A model generated the notes under the pieces. It was not told where the DNA came from, did no database searches, and was given only the letters and a program-made list of their open reading frames with translations. Positions 1-13,369 of a DNA stretch of 64,000 nucleotides are shown here, one piece after another. The translations under genes and the position numbers were made by a program. This stretch comes from Psilocybe cubensis (Eukaryota), in the NCBI GenBank assembly GCA_017499595.2, contig CM039005.1, positions 2,480,001-2,544,000 on the forward strand, given 5' to 3'. The first letter of the stretch is position 1, and every line of letters starts with the position of its first letter.

Positions 1-100
1 GGCCAAGGCAAAGGGAAAGGCCCAGAACCCTAATTGAGCTTGATGTCATGTCCATCAATGATGGCCCAAAGCCTAATTCTGATTAGATCAATGATGTCAC

Positions 101-591
101 ATCAGAATCATCCACATATGGATAGAATTAAGTAATCCAGAACAAGTATAATATAGAACCAGCAGAATTTATGATGTAGAACCAGCAGAATTTTATGATG
201 CAGAAGCAGTAAAATTTATGATACAGAAACAGTGAGATTTATGATATAGAAGTGGCAGAATTTATGATGTAGAAGCAGTGAAATTTATGATGAAGAATCA
301 GTAGAATTTATGATGCAGAAGCTGTGAAATCTATGATATAGAACTAGCAGAATTTATGATGCAGAAGCAGCAGAATTTATGATGCAGAAGCAGCAGAATT
401 CATGATGCAGAAATAGTAGAAGTTATGATATAGCTTTAAAATGTAATGATATAAACTAGAAGAATTATGATACAGCTTGAGGTTAGTATATATTAGGCCA
501 CTAATGATGCACATCATTAAACCTTAAGCATACTACAGACGGTTTTAGGCTTTTTGTCCTGTTTTATCATATAAAGTGGTAGGGACTAGTG
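101..591 (-). mobile_element. End of a non-coding DNA element with a CACTAGT-type terminus at 591 (left extent not resolved)
   Basis: Reverse complement of 565-591 is CACTAGTCCCTACCACTTTATATGATA, matching the termini at 57234 and 63709; preceded by a subterminal tandem array. Confidence 0.65.
150..480. repeat. Subterminal tandem array, ~23-bp unit (agaagcagcagaatttatgatgc)
   Basis: Many degenerate consecutive copies; a similar array in reverse orientation lies at 63850-64000. Confidence 0.85.
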
Positions 592-608
592 GTTGCTGAG
601 GGTATCCG

Positions 609-845
609 CAGCTGACTTATGTCGCTGAGAGTATCTCCCCAAATTTGCCGCAGCTGACTTATGTCACTGAGAGTATTCCCCCGCATTCCCAGCTGACTTA
701 TGTTGCTGAGAGTATTTCCCCGCATTCCCAGCTGACTTATGTTGCTGAGGGTGGATCATTTCCAAGCACGCTCTTCAAGACTTTTGTCGGCTGACTTATG
801 TCGCCACATCATATATCCCGCTGGATACATCTTGCTGACTGAGTG
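609..845. repeat. Short tandem/dispersed repeat, core gctgacttatgtYgctgag, ~40-bp spacing
   Basis: Core seen near 611, 652, 692, 731 and 790. Confidence 0.8.
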
Positions 846-1144
846 ATATTGAATGCGAGAAGCCTTGTGGTTGCTGGCGCAGGTTATTTGTATCGTTGTG
901 CTGAATATTTTGTTTTAGATGCCTTCTATGTCAAAATCTACCAACGAGAGCGACAACGTTTAACCAGGTATGTACATTCTTACAATAATGTAGCATTACT
1001 CAATCTACAACGTCTAGCAACCTATATTGATGTATATGGGTGAAAGCGCAACACATATATGCATCTTGCGATTCTGGAGCTGCATTGGGGATCTCATCGT
1101 ATGTTTCCTTCTATTTGAGACACAGTATACTGACATTGCTTTTA

Positions 1145-3340
1145 GCATTTTCTTCTACAGATGTGCTATCTATTGCTGAATTTGACTGGCTCCCATACAA
1201 GATCCCATCCCTTGACCACACATCCTTTAGTGGCGTTGACAAGAACAACAATCCCATCCCTACCAAACATTTTATCATGTCCCCTAACATGCCTGAAATT
1301 CCCGATATCAGGCGGAATTCTCATGATGTCACGATACGTGAAGATGGACGTTATGGATACGCCAACTTTACTCTATGCCCCTAGTGGTATTTCCAAGGGA
1401 CTTACTACCTTCCTTTCATCTGCCAAAAGCCTTATGATTTGAAAGGTGCCCAATACCACATAATATGGTATGACTTGAAGCCTAGCGATTTTGTGGCGGA
1501 TAATACATCAATTGTTGCTGGTATTGGGTGAATTCGTCCTGCTCTTCTCAACAAGTTTGTAAAGGAGCGCAAAGCACTCACAGAAAAGGCCAATGTGCTT
1601 GAAAGCAACCCTTGGTTTACCTTTGGTCAACTCGCAGAGCTTCGGTACAGTATACAATCCATGCTGTTTGCCACCATTGCTCTTCAATGTGCTCCTCAGA
1701 CTTACCAGATGACTTTGCTCACCATCACTGCTTTTCAACGCCACTTCTTGGAGGCCATCACCTGTTATGACTTTCTGACCAAATTCAAAGACATGAAAAT
1801 TAATGTCTTGGTAGAACCGGAGGTTGATGCCTCCATCATGGGTTGCATTACAGCATCTGTTGATATTGCTATTGAAATGTACTACAGCAGCATGCCAGTT
1901 TGGTTGGTGCAAAGGCCCGAAGAAATCTCCATGAAAACTACAATCATTGGTACACTTGGCTTTTCACCAATTCCAGGAATTATTTTGCAGCACATGGCGG
2001 GAGCAAACCCCGTTTTTTCTGGGGATGCTAGTGCTGTTCACAATTGTGCATGCCAGGCTCTCAAGATTGGTAACATTTGTCTTGGTCACAGCTCTTTTAT
2101 GGCCCACCCTGGAGAATTTGCAAATCCTTCAGGTATTTTTTTTCTTTTCTATTGCCTCTACTTCACTGATTTTTTTAGGGAGCTATTACACGCCATTGTA
2201 TAGTCAGCCTTTAGGACCTACTTCAAACACCCCTGCTTCCAATGATTGTCCTTTAATTTCAGCTACACCGGTAACATCCACCACTTCTGTCCAGTAGGCG
2301 CCGCCTCAAATGTCAACTACCCCTGCAACCTCTGCCCCCTCTGGCCAGCAGGCATCGTCGGGTTCTTGCCTGTCTATGTTTATGCAAAGTATGTATGTCG
2401 CCAAAGCACTTTCTGTCAACCAGCACAAATTCTTCTATAAGCCTGTAGAAGAATGTCCAACTGCAAATGCATCATGATTCTCAGTGTTGCAAAATGTGTG
2501 AATTGACCCTACACTCATCTTGGACCACCCATTTCTTCATTTCTATTGTGGTTATGTGTTTCTTGACTCCTACCTCTTGGTTAGAAAGGACTTAAATACC
2601 AATCGTGGAAAGACGTATCTGCTTGCCTGGCTTTGTGTTTGACCAGCATGGATGGCGCGATTAATGGATGCAACCATTCAACAACCGTATCCTCTTCCGC
2701 AATCATGGAAAGACTACTAACCAACACATCGTCAAAAATACTGATTATGCCCTACCGGCAAAAAGATTCCAAAAGACTGAGCGCACAACAGGCAACCCCA
2801 TTGACCACTTTGGTCTCCATGTCCGTGATTATCACAATGCCTCGCAAATCCAGTGGAGGGGCAATGTCATTGGGTATGCTGGCTCCACAGATCTTGAAGG
2901 AATGCACATCAATCCTCAGATTCCAAAAGAAGTCACCTATGATCTTTTTGAACATAACTTTTGCTTTGAACTTCTTGCCTTGGACAGGTCCATCTTTCCT
3001 TGTTATACACTCTCTGACCAATTGTCACTTTCCCAAGACACTATGATCACTCAATGTTTTCCAGGTAATGCATTGATTAATGCAGAGTGGCCTGCTTGAA
3101 ACAAGGGTCTAGGTGCCCATGTCTAGAAGGATTGCATGCGGTATGTTGAGGCTTTCCACAAATTATTAAGGAATTGCCCTGGCTCTGGGGCAGTAGCTTT
3201 GAAAAACATGCCTGCATTGATGTCTAACAGTTCTGAAACAAAAGTTCTTGCCGTTGAAAAGGTTGCACAGCCCTTTTATTGCCAGACTTTCTTTATTTTT
3301 TTGGTTGTGCAGCTAGTGTTCCCCATCAAAGGCCTTGAGT
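1145..3340 (+). pseudogene. Degenerate multi-exon hypothetical gene of a type often found in agaricomycete TE-rich regions
   Basis: Chained ORF fragments (1040-1384, 1595-2203, 2668-3099, 3136-3372) broken by stops; motifs EDGRYG and NFCFELLALD; family recognised only from memory. Confidence 0.5.
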
Positions 3341-4147
3341 GCATTTTTGCTTTGGATCTTTCTCTGATGTAGTGAGTTATTTTGTTTTTTTCACATATTA
3401 TTGCCTAATCTAATTCACAGGTACAAATATATATATCTTCTTTGTTCTCCTTGTACATAGAACACACATATGAAAAAGTGAAACGCAGGATCTTGTGCAA
3501 TTACCCGCTCGCATTCCATCCAGCAGTCTGAAATAACAAATTTATATAAGGCTGACTGGATGTTGCAATTTTGCGCTGCAATGATTTTCCAAATTTCCAT
3601 CTCCACTTCACGCAGAACACGGAGGCGACAATTACCAAGCACTTTTGAGGCCTAAAGGAGTGCATTAATCCAAGTTAAACTGGGAGGATGTGGATATACC
3701 TACTTTAAGCAGCTGCTCCCGGTCACATTTCTTAGAATACCAAGATTTATTCACAAAAAGAAGGATGGGGAATATGAAAAGGGCAACATGCAGAGGAATT
3801 TTTAAATGAGATGGCATGACCTCTGAGAGGAACAATGCAGCATCAGGATGGCCGCTTGCACTAGGGTATGTTGAGCAGATTGTATCAATGAATAGAGGAA
3901 AGAAAACTTACTAGAGATTAGCAAGAGTAGCCGTGTCTGTTGGAATGTCTGGTAGAACGTGTTTATTGTCCTTCATACCACGCATTCCTGACAAGATTTG
4001 GTAGTGTAGCGAGGCGCAGTACATATTCCCGATTATTTTCCCCACAACACCCTTGAAGTGGTTACGTGCCAGACAGAGTATTAGCGTTGATTCCGAGAGC
4101 CCACCCTGGGTGAAAGCGGATGACGGATGGCGTGTCACTGATAGAAG

Positions 4148-6903
4148 GAGTGGTGCCTACCATTTTTTTGATAAAACAATAGCAAGTGTTAGCACACTCT
4201 TTTTATAACTGTTGATGGTTTTATCACAAAGCAAAATAATGAGAAGATTAGCCCATTTCTCATAAGTTTACTTCGCTTTTTCAAAGCCTTTTTCATTAAA
4301 TAATACAATGCTTTCTCATTATCTTTAGGGCGCTTTTTCATTACCTTTTGATTAGATACCAGCCTGGTTATTTGATAAGATATTTCTACATCTATATATC
4401 TTATCTATGCTTGGTCATTTCTGATGCCATGCCATCAAATCAGGAACACTGTGGGTAATTCCAGGCCATGTCTATCAATACATCAAAGCTATTATTAAAT
4501 AAACTTTTCTCTCCTTGGCCCCTTGGTCTATAAATAGTGCTCATCCTATGCTACTTTTGTGCATTGCTGGCAATGGATTGGGCGCTTTTGGGGGCATTTC
4601 TGGACCGTTTCTCTTGGTGTTTTTTGGTAGACCTATAGTTTTAATGTGTCCCAATCCGAATATAAAATCAAAATTGCAATATCTTTGCTCATCATTGTGC
4701 AATTAAGCGTACAATGTTTTGGTCAAAAAGCGCACCTTTAATAGCATCCTCCAGGGGTTGGTATGCACCATTTTGACTATGCCATTATTTTTTATTTATA
4801 ATAAATGGAGTGCATGCCAAGTTTCAGCTCAATTAGAGCAGTGGAACCTATTGAGCTAGCATATGCATCCTACCTCTCCTCCTACCCCTTGTATGAATAC
4901 ATTCCTGATCAGATAAATTCAAGCCCAACTGGTATAATGTAGGCGCCTATTATACCAATTTTTTGAGCCTAAGATATTGATGAAATTCCAAGATTAAAGG
5001 GTACTACTCCCCATTCTCTCCAATTTATTATGGGACAGGATGTGCTTCCAGACTATTGATCAAATTGTAGATCTATTACTAAGAGTAAATAGAGCTCAAA
5101 ACCCACCCTTGAAAACCCTCTGCAGCAAGGAAATATACTGATTAAAGGGGGGTATGAGGAAAGGTATAGTAGGCTATTGATCAGGCTATATCTCTACAAA
5201 TAGTTCATTATAAAAAATATTCTTGATGTCTACAGATACCTACAAGTTCCTACTAAATATTATTCTCAAGGTGCAAAAAGATCCATCCACTAGATGAGAT
5301 GCTGCAGAGAGAATACCATTCTTTATCAAAATGCACAGTATTTTCGCATTTACCATATATAAATGTTCATCATCAGATGATATAAAAGCAGGATAGTATA
5401 GCCTCAAACTGTAGCTTTTCAGAACATTAAGGATGTTGTGCATTGGATCAGTGGTTGTTGAGATATGGAAAGAAAGGTGTTCAAGAACCCATCAGAGACC
5501 CGGATGGATATTGGCCTTTATTTATGCTTTGTTTGTGGTCACCTCTTTGGCCTTTCTCCAAGATACATTTTGACATATCTCAGCTCATACTCATCAGACT
5601 ACCATGATTCTATATACCACAGATAGGTATCATTTAGGCCTACACAACCGAACCATTTATGTATTTTTTGGATGTTATCTTTTCTGCCATATTTCGCTTT
5701 TTGTGTATTTTTCTTGATGGAAGGTATTCCTTGTCTAGCATCTTAGGAACTTGTTGAGGAGCTTTCCATCATTAAGACAACATGTAGCGAACGTAAATAC
5801 CTACCCATAGAGGTATATTATATGAATAACAGTGCGGTGGCTGCAATGATACACCCATATTATGCATGTTATACAATCTCACTTCAGTTGTCCCACAAAT
5901 AATCTGTTCCTTACTATGTAAGGTATTCTAAGGGTATGTTTTGTGTTTCTGGTATCTAGTGGAGTAACTGTATTAGTTTCTATCATATGTATATGGCCAT
6001 CCTATCTCATAATAAAATAAACAAAGTCTGGAGAGGAGGGAGAGTGGTACCCTTCAATCTTGGAATTTCTCCAAGATCTTAGGCTCAAAAAATTGGTATA
6101 ATAGGCGCCTACATTATACCAGTTGGGCTTGAATTTATCTGATCAGGAATGTATTCATACAAGGGGTAGGAGGAGAGGTAGGATGCATATGCTAGTTCAA
6201 TAGGTTCTACTGCTCCAATTGAGCTGAAACTTGGCATGCACTCCATTTATTATAAATAAAAAATAATGGCATAGTCAAAATGGTGCATACCAACCCCTGG
6301 AGGGTGCTATTAAAGGTGCACTTTTTGACCAAAACATTGTACGCTTAATTGCACAATGATGAGCAAAGATATTGCAATTTTGATTTTATATTCGGATTGG
6401 GACACATTAAAACTATAGGTCTACCAAAAAACACTAAGAGAAACGGTCCAGAAATGCCCCCAAAAGCGCCCAATCCATTGCCAGCAATGCACAAAAGTAG
6501 CATAGGATGAGCACTATTTATAGACCAAGGGGCTGAGGAGAGAAAAGTTTATTTAATAATAGCTTTGATGGATTGATAGACATGGCCTGGAATTACCCAC
6601 AGTGTTCCTGCTTTGATGGCATGGCATCAGAAATGACCAAGCATAGATAAGATATATTTATGTAGAAATATCTTATCAAATAACCAGGCTGGTATCTAAT
6701 CAAAAGGTAATGAAAAAGCGCCCTAAAGATAATGAGAAAGCATGGTATTATCTAATGAAAAAAGCTTTGAAAAAGCGAAGTAAACTTATGAGAAATAGAC
6801 CAGTCTTCTTATTATTTTGCTTTGTGATAAAACCATCAACAGTTATAAAAAGAGTGTGCTAACACTTGCTATTGTTTTATCAAAAAGATGGTAGGTACCA
6901 CTC
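4148..6903. mobile_element. Symmetric foldback-like non-coding element: ~875-bp inverted arms, ~1-kb spacer, GAGTGG termini at both ends, no TSD
   Basis: 4148-~5022 is the near-exact reverse complement of ~6029-6903; flanks ATAGAAG and CCCCATT differ. Confidence 0.9.
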
Positions 6904-6964
6904 CCCCATTGCTTAACTCAAAGATCAAAGCAATATATTGTGAACTTGTGTTTCTACTGTCAAC

Positions 6965-9044
6965 ATGACCTCTGTTACTACCACCGCTGTGCTCTCGGAC
7001 ACACTTCCGTCGTCTATTCTGAAACTTGATGCGACTGGCGTGAACTGGGCAATCTTTTGTGTCCGTTTCCAGGACGCTGTCAAGGCGAAGGGTCTCTGGG
7101 ACCACTTCAATGGCTTGTTGACATGTCCTGAAGTGTCCGACGTGTCCCCTGCTCCTGTGGTTGCACCTGTGACCGCCCCCAAAAGCGCACCTGCCACCTC
7201 TGCTGCGGTACAAACAACACCAAAGCCTACTGCCAAGGACCTTGCTACACAGCAGAAGTGGGACAAGGACGAGTTGTTGGCAAAATATCTGCTCACGCAG
7301 AAGATTCCCGACTCTACGTTGATGCACATTCACTCAAAAAGCACCGTCCGCAAGTGCTGGGAGGCCATTGTGGCCGAGTACACGGGGAAAGGTGCATATG
7401 CACAAACGGATCTTTGTATCCATTTTCTCGAATCGAAGTGCCTGGACAAGGGCAATGTTTGCGAGTTCCTAGACAACCTGCAAGTGAAACGAGAAGAGTT
7501 AGCATTTGTGGGTGTTGACATTGATGAAAAAGATTACCGTTCTGTTATCATTTCATCTCTTCCTATCAACCTTTCCAATTTTGCGTCAAATCAACTTGCT
7601 TTGGCCCGTTTGTTTGCCCCAACAAAGACTCTGTCTCCTGACGTCCTTATTTTTCTCATCTCCGAGGAATTCGAGTATCAGAAGATGCAGCGCAGCCAAC
7701 GCACGGTAAAGTTGAAGAACAATAACAAGGACAAGGCCTTGTCCATGGGTGTTGCGTTGTTGAAAGGCAAACCGGCCAGGAAATTGACTTTGAAACGCAA
7801 CTCAAAGCCACGCAGCGCCTGTTATAACTGCAGCAAAAAGGGGCATTTCAAGCAAAACTGCCCGAAGCCGCTGAAAGGCAAGAAGTTGAATGACAACTCG
7901 GCAGGCAACAAGAAGGCCGGCGACGTACACGCCGTGCTCAAAACAGAGTCTGACAGCGACGGTGTGCATGCTGTGTTCACGGCAACTGTTTTGGAGGCAG
8001 ACTCTCTGCCGGATCTCCAGTCTGTGTCAAAGACGGATTTGGAGAATGAGGGGGAGGCGGATGATGAAGGCAAGGCCGCGCTGAAGGACGGCAACCAGTT
8101 CTCGGAGGTGGGAAGTGATGCGGGTGACTTTGATGACCCCGCATGGGACTCTGATGAGTTCTTCAAGCTGTCAGATGACGTTGAGGAGGATGCACACACT
8201 GTGATTGATGAGATCAGTGCAACACTTGAGTCAACAGCTGCAAATCATGCACCTTGTGTGGAGATCTACGACTCTGGGTCCACTCGTCACATCTCGCCGT
8301 ACCGTGAGGACTTTGATACCCTCACGGAAACCTCTCCTCTATCCCTATGTGCTGCCAATAAGGGTGAATTCTGTGCTATGGGGGTTGGATCAATGACTAT
8401 TAATGTCCCCAGCGGGGTAGATGTCAACAAACTGACACTTACCAAGGTCCTGTATTCACCTGAGGTCGGGTATACCCTCATTTCCATCAGACGGCTCAAC
8501 CAGAATGGCTTTTCAGCCACGTTCGGCAATGGCAAATGCACCATTACCGGCCCCGAGGGCGAGCGCGTGGGCAGCATCCCCATCAACTCAAAGGGGATGT
8601 ATCATGTGGCACATGAAGCTGACACTGCTAATGCTGTGGTCAAGCAGATCATGCTCGACCAGTTCCACTGTCAAATGGGCCATATCACGCCCGAAATGGC
8701 GAAGTGCCTTGTCAAAAAGGACTTTGTGACTGGTGTTCGTCTTGCCACAGCCTCAAATAACGAGGCCTTCTTTTGCAAATCGTGCATCTATGCAAAAGTG
8801 ACGCGGCGGCCAGTGGCAAAGGAGCAAGGTGGTGAGCAAGCGGCGGCGTTTGGTGACGAGATCCATTTGGATCTGTGGGGACCTGCACCGGTAAAAACGA
8901 AGGGTGGTAAGCGCTACTACGTCACGTTTACAGATGACGCTACGTGACTCACCCGATTGTACCTGCTCCGTCTCAAATCCGACACCTTTGAGGCCTATTG
9001 CGAGTACGAGGCATGGCGCAAAACACAGTTTGGTATTCGCATCA
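6965..9044 (+). pseudogene. Copia gag-protease-integrase (N-terminal part), in-frame stop at 8945-8947, truncated at 9044
   Basis: Zn knuckle CYNCSKKGHFKQNC, protease IYDSGSTRH, HHCC region HCQMGH...CKSC, integrase DLWGP...YYVTFTDD. Confidence 0.9.
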
Positions 9045-12000
9045 GACTGGTGTGTGCCACTTATATCCTACAGTGTGGTGAGTGCCTACATGGCAATGTG
9101 CATTTTCACCACGTTTTAATGATATGAAATCATGGATTATTGCTGTAAGTTATAGCTAAATGGTATATCTTTCAATACTGTAACACAGCTAAGTAATTGC
9201 AAATCATTAAAAGGCTTGTAATCTACAGTAATTTGTCAATAAGATATCATAAAGTTGCTTGTAAGCTACCACATTCTGGAATCAGATCATTAAGATCATT
9301 GTAAATTACAGAAGAGTAGTAAATATTATATGATATCATTACTTGTAAGCTACCATACCCTGAAGCAAAATCATTAGGGTCACTTTAGTCTATAGAAATG
9401 CAATAAATGCTAGATCATATCATTCCTTGTAGGTTACCACATGATGGAATGAGATTATTCATTCCTTTCTGATTAGATATAAGCATGTATCTTATCTGTG
9501 CTTGGTCATTTGTGATATGATGCCATCAATTCAGGAACCCTGGCTAAGTCTGGATCCTGCCATCAGCTCTATCAAAACTATTATTAAATAGACATTCTGA
9601 TCTCGGCCCCTGGGTCTATAATAATGCTCATCCTATGCTACTTTTGTGCATTGCTGGCAATGCATTGGGCGCTTTTGGGGGCATTTCTGGACCATTTCTC
9701 TTGGTGTTTTTTGGTAGACCTATAATTTTAAGGTGTACCAATTCGAATCTGAAATCAGAATTGCAATATCTTTACTCATTATTGTGCAATTAAGCGTACG
9801 AGGTTTTGGTCAAAAGGCGCACCTTGAATAGCACCCTCCAGGGGTTGGTATGCACCCTTCTGACTATGTCATTATTTTTTATTTATATTAGATAGAGTAC
9901 TTGCCAAGTTTCAGCTTAATTGGAGCAGTGGAATCTATTGAACTAGAATGTGCACCCTACCTCTCCTCCTACCCCTTGTATAAATGCCTTTCTGATTAGA
10001 TAAATTTAGGCCCAACTGGGGCTGGGTAGGCGCCCATTATACCAATTTTTAGAGCCCAAAATATTGGTGTAACTTCAAGATTTAAGGGTACTACCCCCCA
10101 CTCCCTCCAGAACTTGTGTATTTTATTATGGCATAGAATGGCTATTCCCAGCACATATAGATATGTAAATCTGCTCCATATAGTACCACAGACATAATAC
10201 ATATCTTTGAAACATTCAGGATGAAGGGGAACACCTTGGTTATGAGGCTAATAAGAAGGTAAAAGGCCAAAGAGGTGACCACAAGCAAAGCATAAATAAA
10301 GGCCAATATCCTTCCGGGTCTCTAATGGGTTCTTCAACACCTTTCTTTCCATATCTCAACAATCACTGGTCCGATGCACAACATCCTTGATGTTCTGAAA
10401 AGCTACATTTTGGGGCTATACTAACCTGCTTTTATATTTCCTGATCTTGAATGTTTATATATGGTAAATGCAAAAATACTATGCATTTTGATGAAGAATA
10501 GTATTCTCTCTGCAGTGTCTCATCTAATGAATGGGTCTTTTTAGAAACTGAGAATGATATTTAGGAGGCACCTATAGATATCTGTAGACGTCAAGAACAT
10601 GATTTATGACAAAGTATTTGTAGAGATATGGCCTGATCAATAACCTACCATACCTCTCCTCATACCCCCCCTTTAATCAGTATGTTATCTTGTTGAAGAG
10701 GGCTTTCAAGGGTAAATTTTGGACTCTATGTATTGTTAGTAGTAGATATACATGTTTTTCAATGGTTTGAGAGCCCATCCTATCCCATAATAAAATACAC
10801 AAGTTCTGGAGGGAGATGAGGGTAGTACCCTTAAATCTTGGAATTTAATCAAGATTATGGGCTCTAAAAATTTTTAAAATGAGCGCCTACTCAGCCCTAG
10901 CTGGGCCCAAATATATCAGATCAGGAAGACATTTATACAAGGGGTAGGAGGAGGAGTAGGGTACACATTCCAGTTCAATAGGTTCCACTGCTCCAATTAA
11001 GCTGAACCTTGGCAGGCACTCTGCCTAACATAAATAAAAATAATGGCATAGTCAAAAGGGTGCATACCAACCCCTGGAGGGTGATATTCAAGGTGCGCTT
11101 TTTGACCAAAACATTGTATGCTTAATTGTACAATAATGAGTAAAGATATTGCAATTCTAATTTCAGATTCGGATTGGGACATTTTAAAACTATAGGTCTA
11201 CTAAAAAAAACCAAGAGAAACAGTCCAGAAATGCCCCCAAAAGCGCCCAATCTATTGCCAGCAATGCACAAAAGTAGCATAGGATGAGTGTTATTTATAG
11301 AGCCAGCAGCTAAGAGAAGAGGCAGGAACAGGGCCCTGATGTAATGGCTGTCAGCCCTAATTCTAATATATTTAGTCCGAGTTCCACGGCTTGCGCTCGT
11401 TCATATTTGCCAGAAAAATATCTATCAGTAATTATGTTTCCTGTTCATTTTTGACATATTTGCCTGGAATATAGACTTTGGGGTTGCCTAATCAGGGAAC
11501 CCCAAAGTCTATATACCTCAAAAATATGTTGAAAATGAACAGGAAACATAACTACCGATAGATATTTTGCTGGCAAATATGTATGAGCACCAGCAGTGTT
11601 CCTGGGCCAAAAATAGTGCTAGATTCTTGCCTAATTATAGATAAGATTAATTACACCAGTTAAATGAAATAAATTTATAATAAAAGTGCACCACAATGAA
11701 ATCAATTAATACTAATGAAAGCACCATAATGAAATCAATTTTTAATGAAAGCGCACAGAAATGAATTCAATTAACACTAATGAAAGCACACCACAATGAA
11801 ATAAATAAATTCTAATGAAAGCGCACCACAATGAAATGAGTTAGTGATTTAATAAAATGAAATAAGCTCTACTAGCAATGAAACAGATGAGGTTAAGAAA
11901 CCGCCAGGTGTGTGTAATGAAATGAAACAGTACTACTGCAGGCACTCTATTGAAATAGTAAGGTAACTTAATGAAATGGTTTCAAAGATGTAAGGTAAGA

Positions 12001-12061
12001 TAACAAATTCCTGTGTAACTAGTTACCTTAAATGTATGATACCAAGTGGAAGCTACTAGTG
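9045..12061. mobile_element. Asymmetric non-coding element: GACTGG end, palindromic core (~9605-11300), CACTAGT end
   Basis: Begins GACTGGTGTGTGCCACTTATAT exactly where Copia integrase stops; ends ...AGTGGAAGCTACTAGTG where Copia RT resumes; internal arms ~9605-10140 and ~10780-11300. Confidence 0.85.
11385..11598. mobile_element. 214-bp hairpin MITE with CACKG termini and 3-bp TSD (TTC)
   Basis: Almost wholly palindromic; TTC at 11382-11384 and 11599-11601; empty site (gagttcctgggcc) present in the related copy at ~58043-58062 (reverse strand). Confidence 0.8.
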
Positions 12062-12912
12062 GAAATCATTTGCGATTGCGCTGCGCTGCGCATCGCATTT
12101 TCCTATCCCAATGCTCATATATCGACTCCATCATATGTTGATATAGCCTTCAAGACCTCAAGCCCGTCTCGCTTCCCATGGATCCAAACGCCCAACTCAC
12201 ATCTGCTCAATCCCCGACCACCACAGCTCAGTTTGCGAAAATGCACGACATCCCGTATCACGAAGCCGTTGGATCGCTAATGTACGCGTCGCTTGGTACG
12301 CGTCCCGACATTGCGTATGCCGTTCAAACCGTCTCATGCTTCTCGACAAACGCCGGCGAGGCTCATTGGGAAGCCGTCAAACAAATCTTTTGCTACTTGA
12401 AGGGCACAAAGGATCTCTGGCTGTCATATGGAGGACAACAGAGGGAATTAGCAGGGTATGCAGATGCAGATGGGAGCATGGCCAAGGATCGGCATGCTAT
12501 CAGCGAGTATGCTTTCATTTTACATGGTGGCGCAATCTCCTGGTTGGCGAAGCGACCGGAGATCATTTTGCTTTCGACAACCAAATTGGAATACGTCACA
12601 ATCACTCACGCTGAAAAGGAAGGTCTCTGGCTGCAATCCCTCCTCAAGGATCTCTTCCCATCGACTCTCAACACCACTGTCTTGTTTTCCGATAACCAAT
12701 CCGCCATTGCGCTCACAAAAGATCATCAATATCACGCTCGCACAAAACATATCAACATACGCTTCCATTTCATTTGCTGGTTTGTTGAAAACGGTTTGAT
12801 TTGCCTTGTTTATTGCCCAACCGACAACATGGTCGCCGACGCACTCACGAAGGTGCTTCCGTTGCCCAAAGTCAAGCATTTTGCGGCCGAGCTAGGGCTT
12901 GTATCCGTTTGA
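12062..12912 (+). pseudogene. Copia RT C-terminus and RNase H
   Basis: Motifs PYHEAVGSLMY, TRPDIAYAV, GYADAD, SDNQSAI, HARTKHINIRFHFI, VADALTK. Confidence 0.92.
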
Positions 12913-12919
12913 GGAGGAG

Positions 12920-13341
12920 TGTGAAATATTTGATACGCAAACACATCGAGCACTTGGCGCATGTACAATAGCCCTGCCCAGGGTATCCACAAACCGCCAC
13001 AAGTATGTACAATTTATGTATTATTTGTATTCTATCTTTTGTTCTGTTCAATCTCGGGCGCTCTCGCCACTATTCCATTTATCTTGCTTAGTAGTTCTAC
13101 TACAAATATTCCCCTTGTTTGATATTCCTTATTGTGTATGTACATAGCAATACGCACATATAAAATGCATATCTTTGTTCACTCAAACCTCAGTCGTTCT
13201 GCTCAAACACGACTGAGGTGAGATTCTCTTATTTGTTTCTTGTTTACTTCTTACTTACTTTGTATAAGTTTGTACTAGGTATTTACACAATATACAGTCA
13301 TTCTGCTTGAACACGACTGAGTTCGTACTAGATTTCTTACA
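12920..13341 (+). repeat. Copia 3' LTR (end approximate: 13341, alternatively ~13289)
   Basis: Starts TGTGAAAT right after the PPT; candidate end ...ATTTCTTACA; partner LTR is absent, so the boundary cannot be confirmed. Confidence 0.6.
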
Positions 13342-13369
13342 TATCGTACTAACGTGTCTGTTCTCATTA

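Larger units (their letters stand above)
6904..13341 (+). mobile_element. Ty1/Copia LTR retrotransposon, fragmented (5' LTR missing; integrase-to-RT segment replaced by 9045-12061)
   Basis: Domain order Gag-PR-IN ... RT-RNaseH; polypurine tract (PPT) gaggaggag at 12911-12919 followed by TG-starting LTR. Confidence 0.9.

Noticed and set aside
150..845. Regularly spaced repeats resembling a CRISPR array
   Set aside because: Eukaryotic context, degenerate repeats, no unique spacers, no cas genes
4515..4706. Recurrent small ORF (HPMLLLCIAGNGLGAFGG...) in the palindrome arms, also 58030-58314
   Set aside because: Recurrence is explained by DNA repeat identity; inconsistent starts and no recognisable domain
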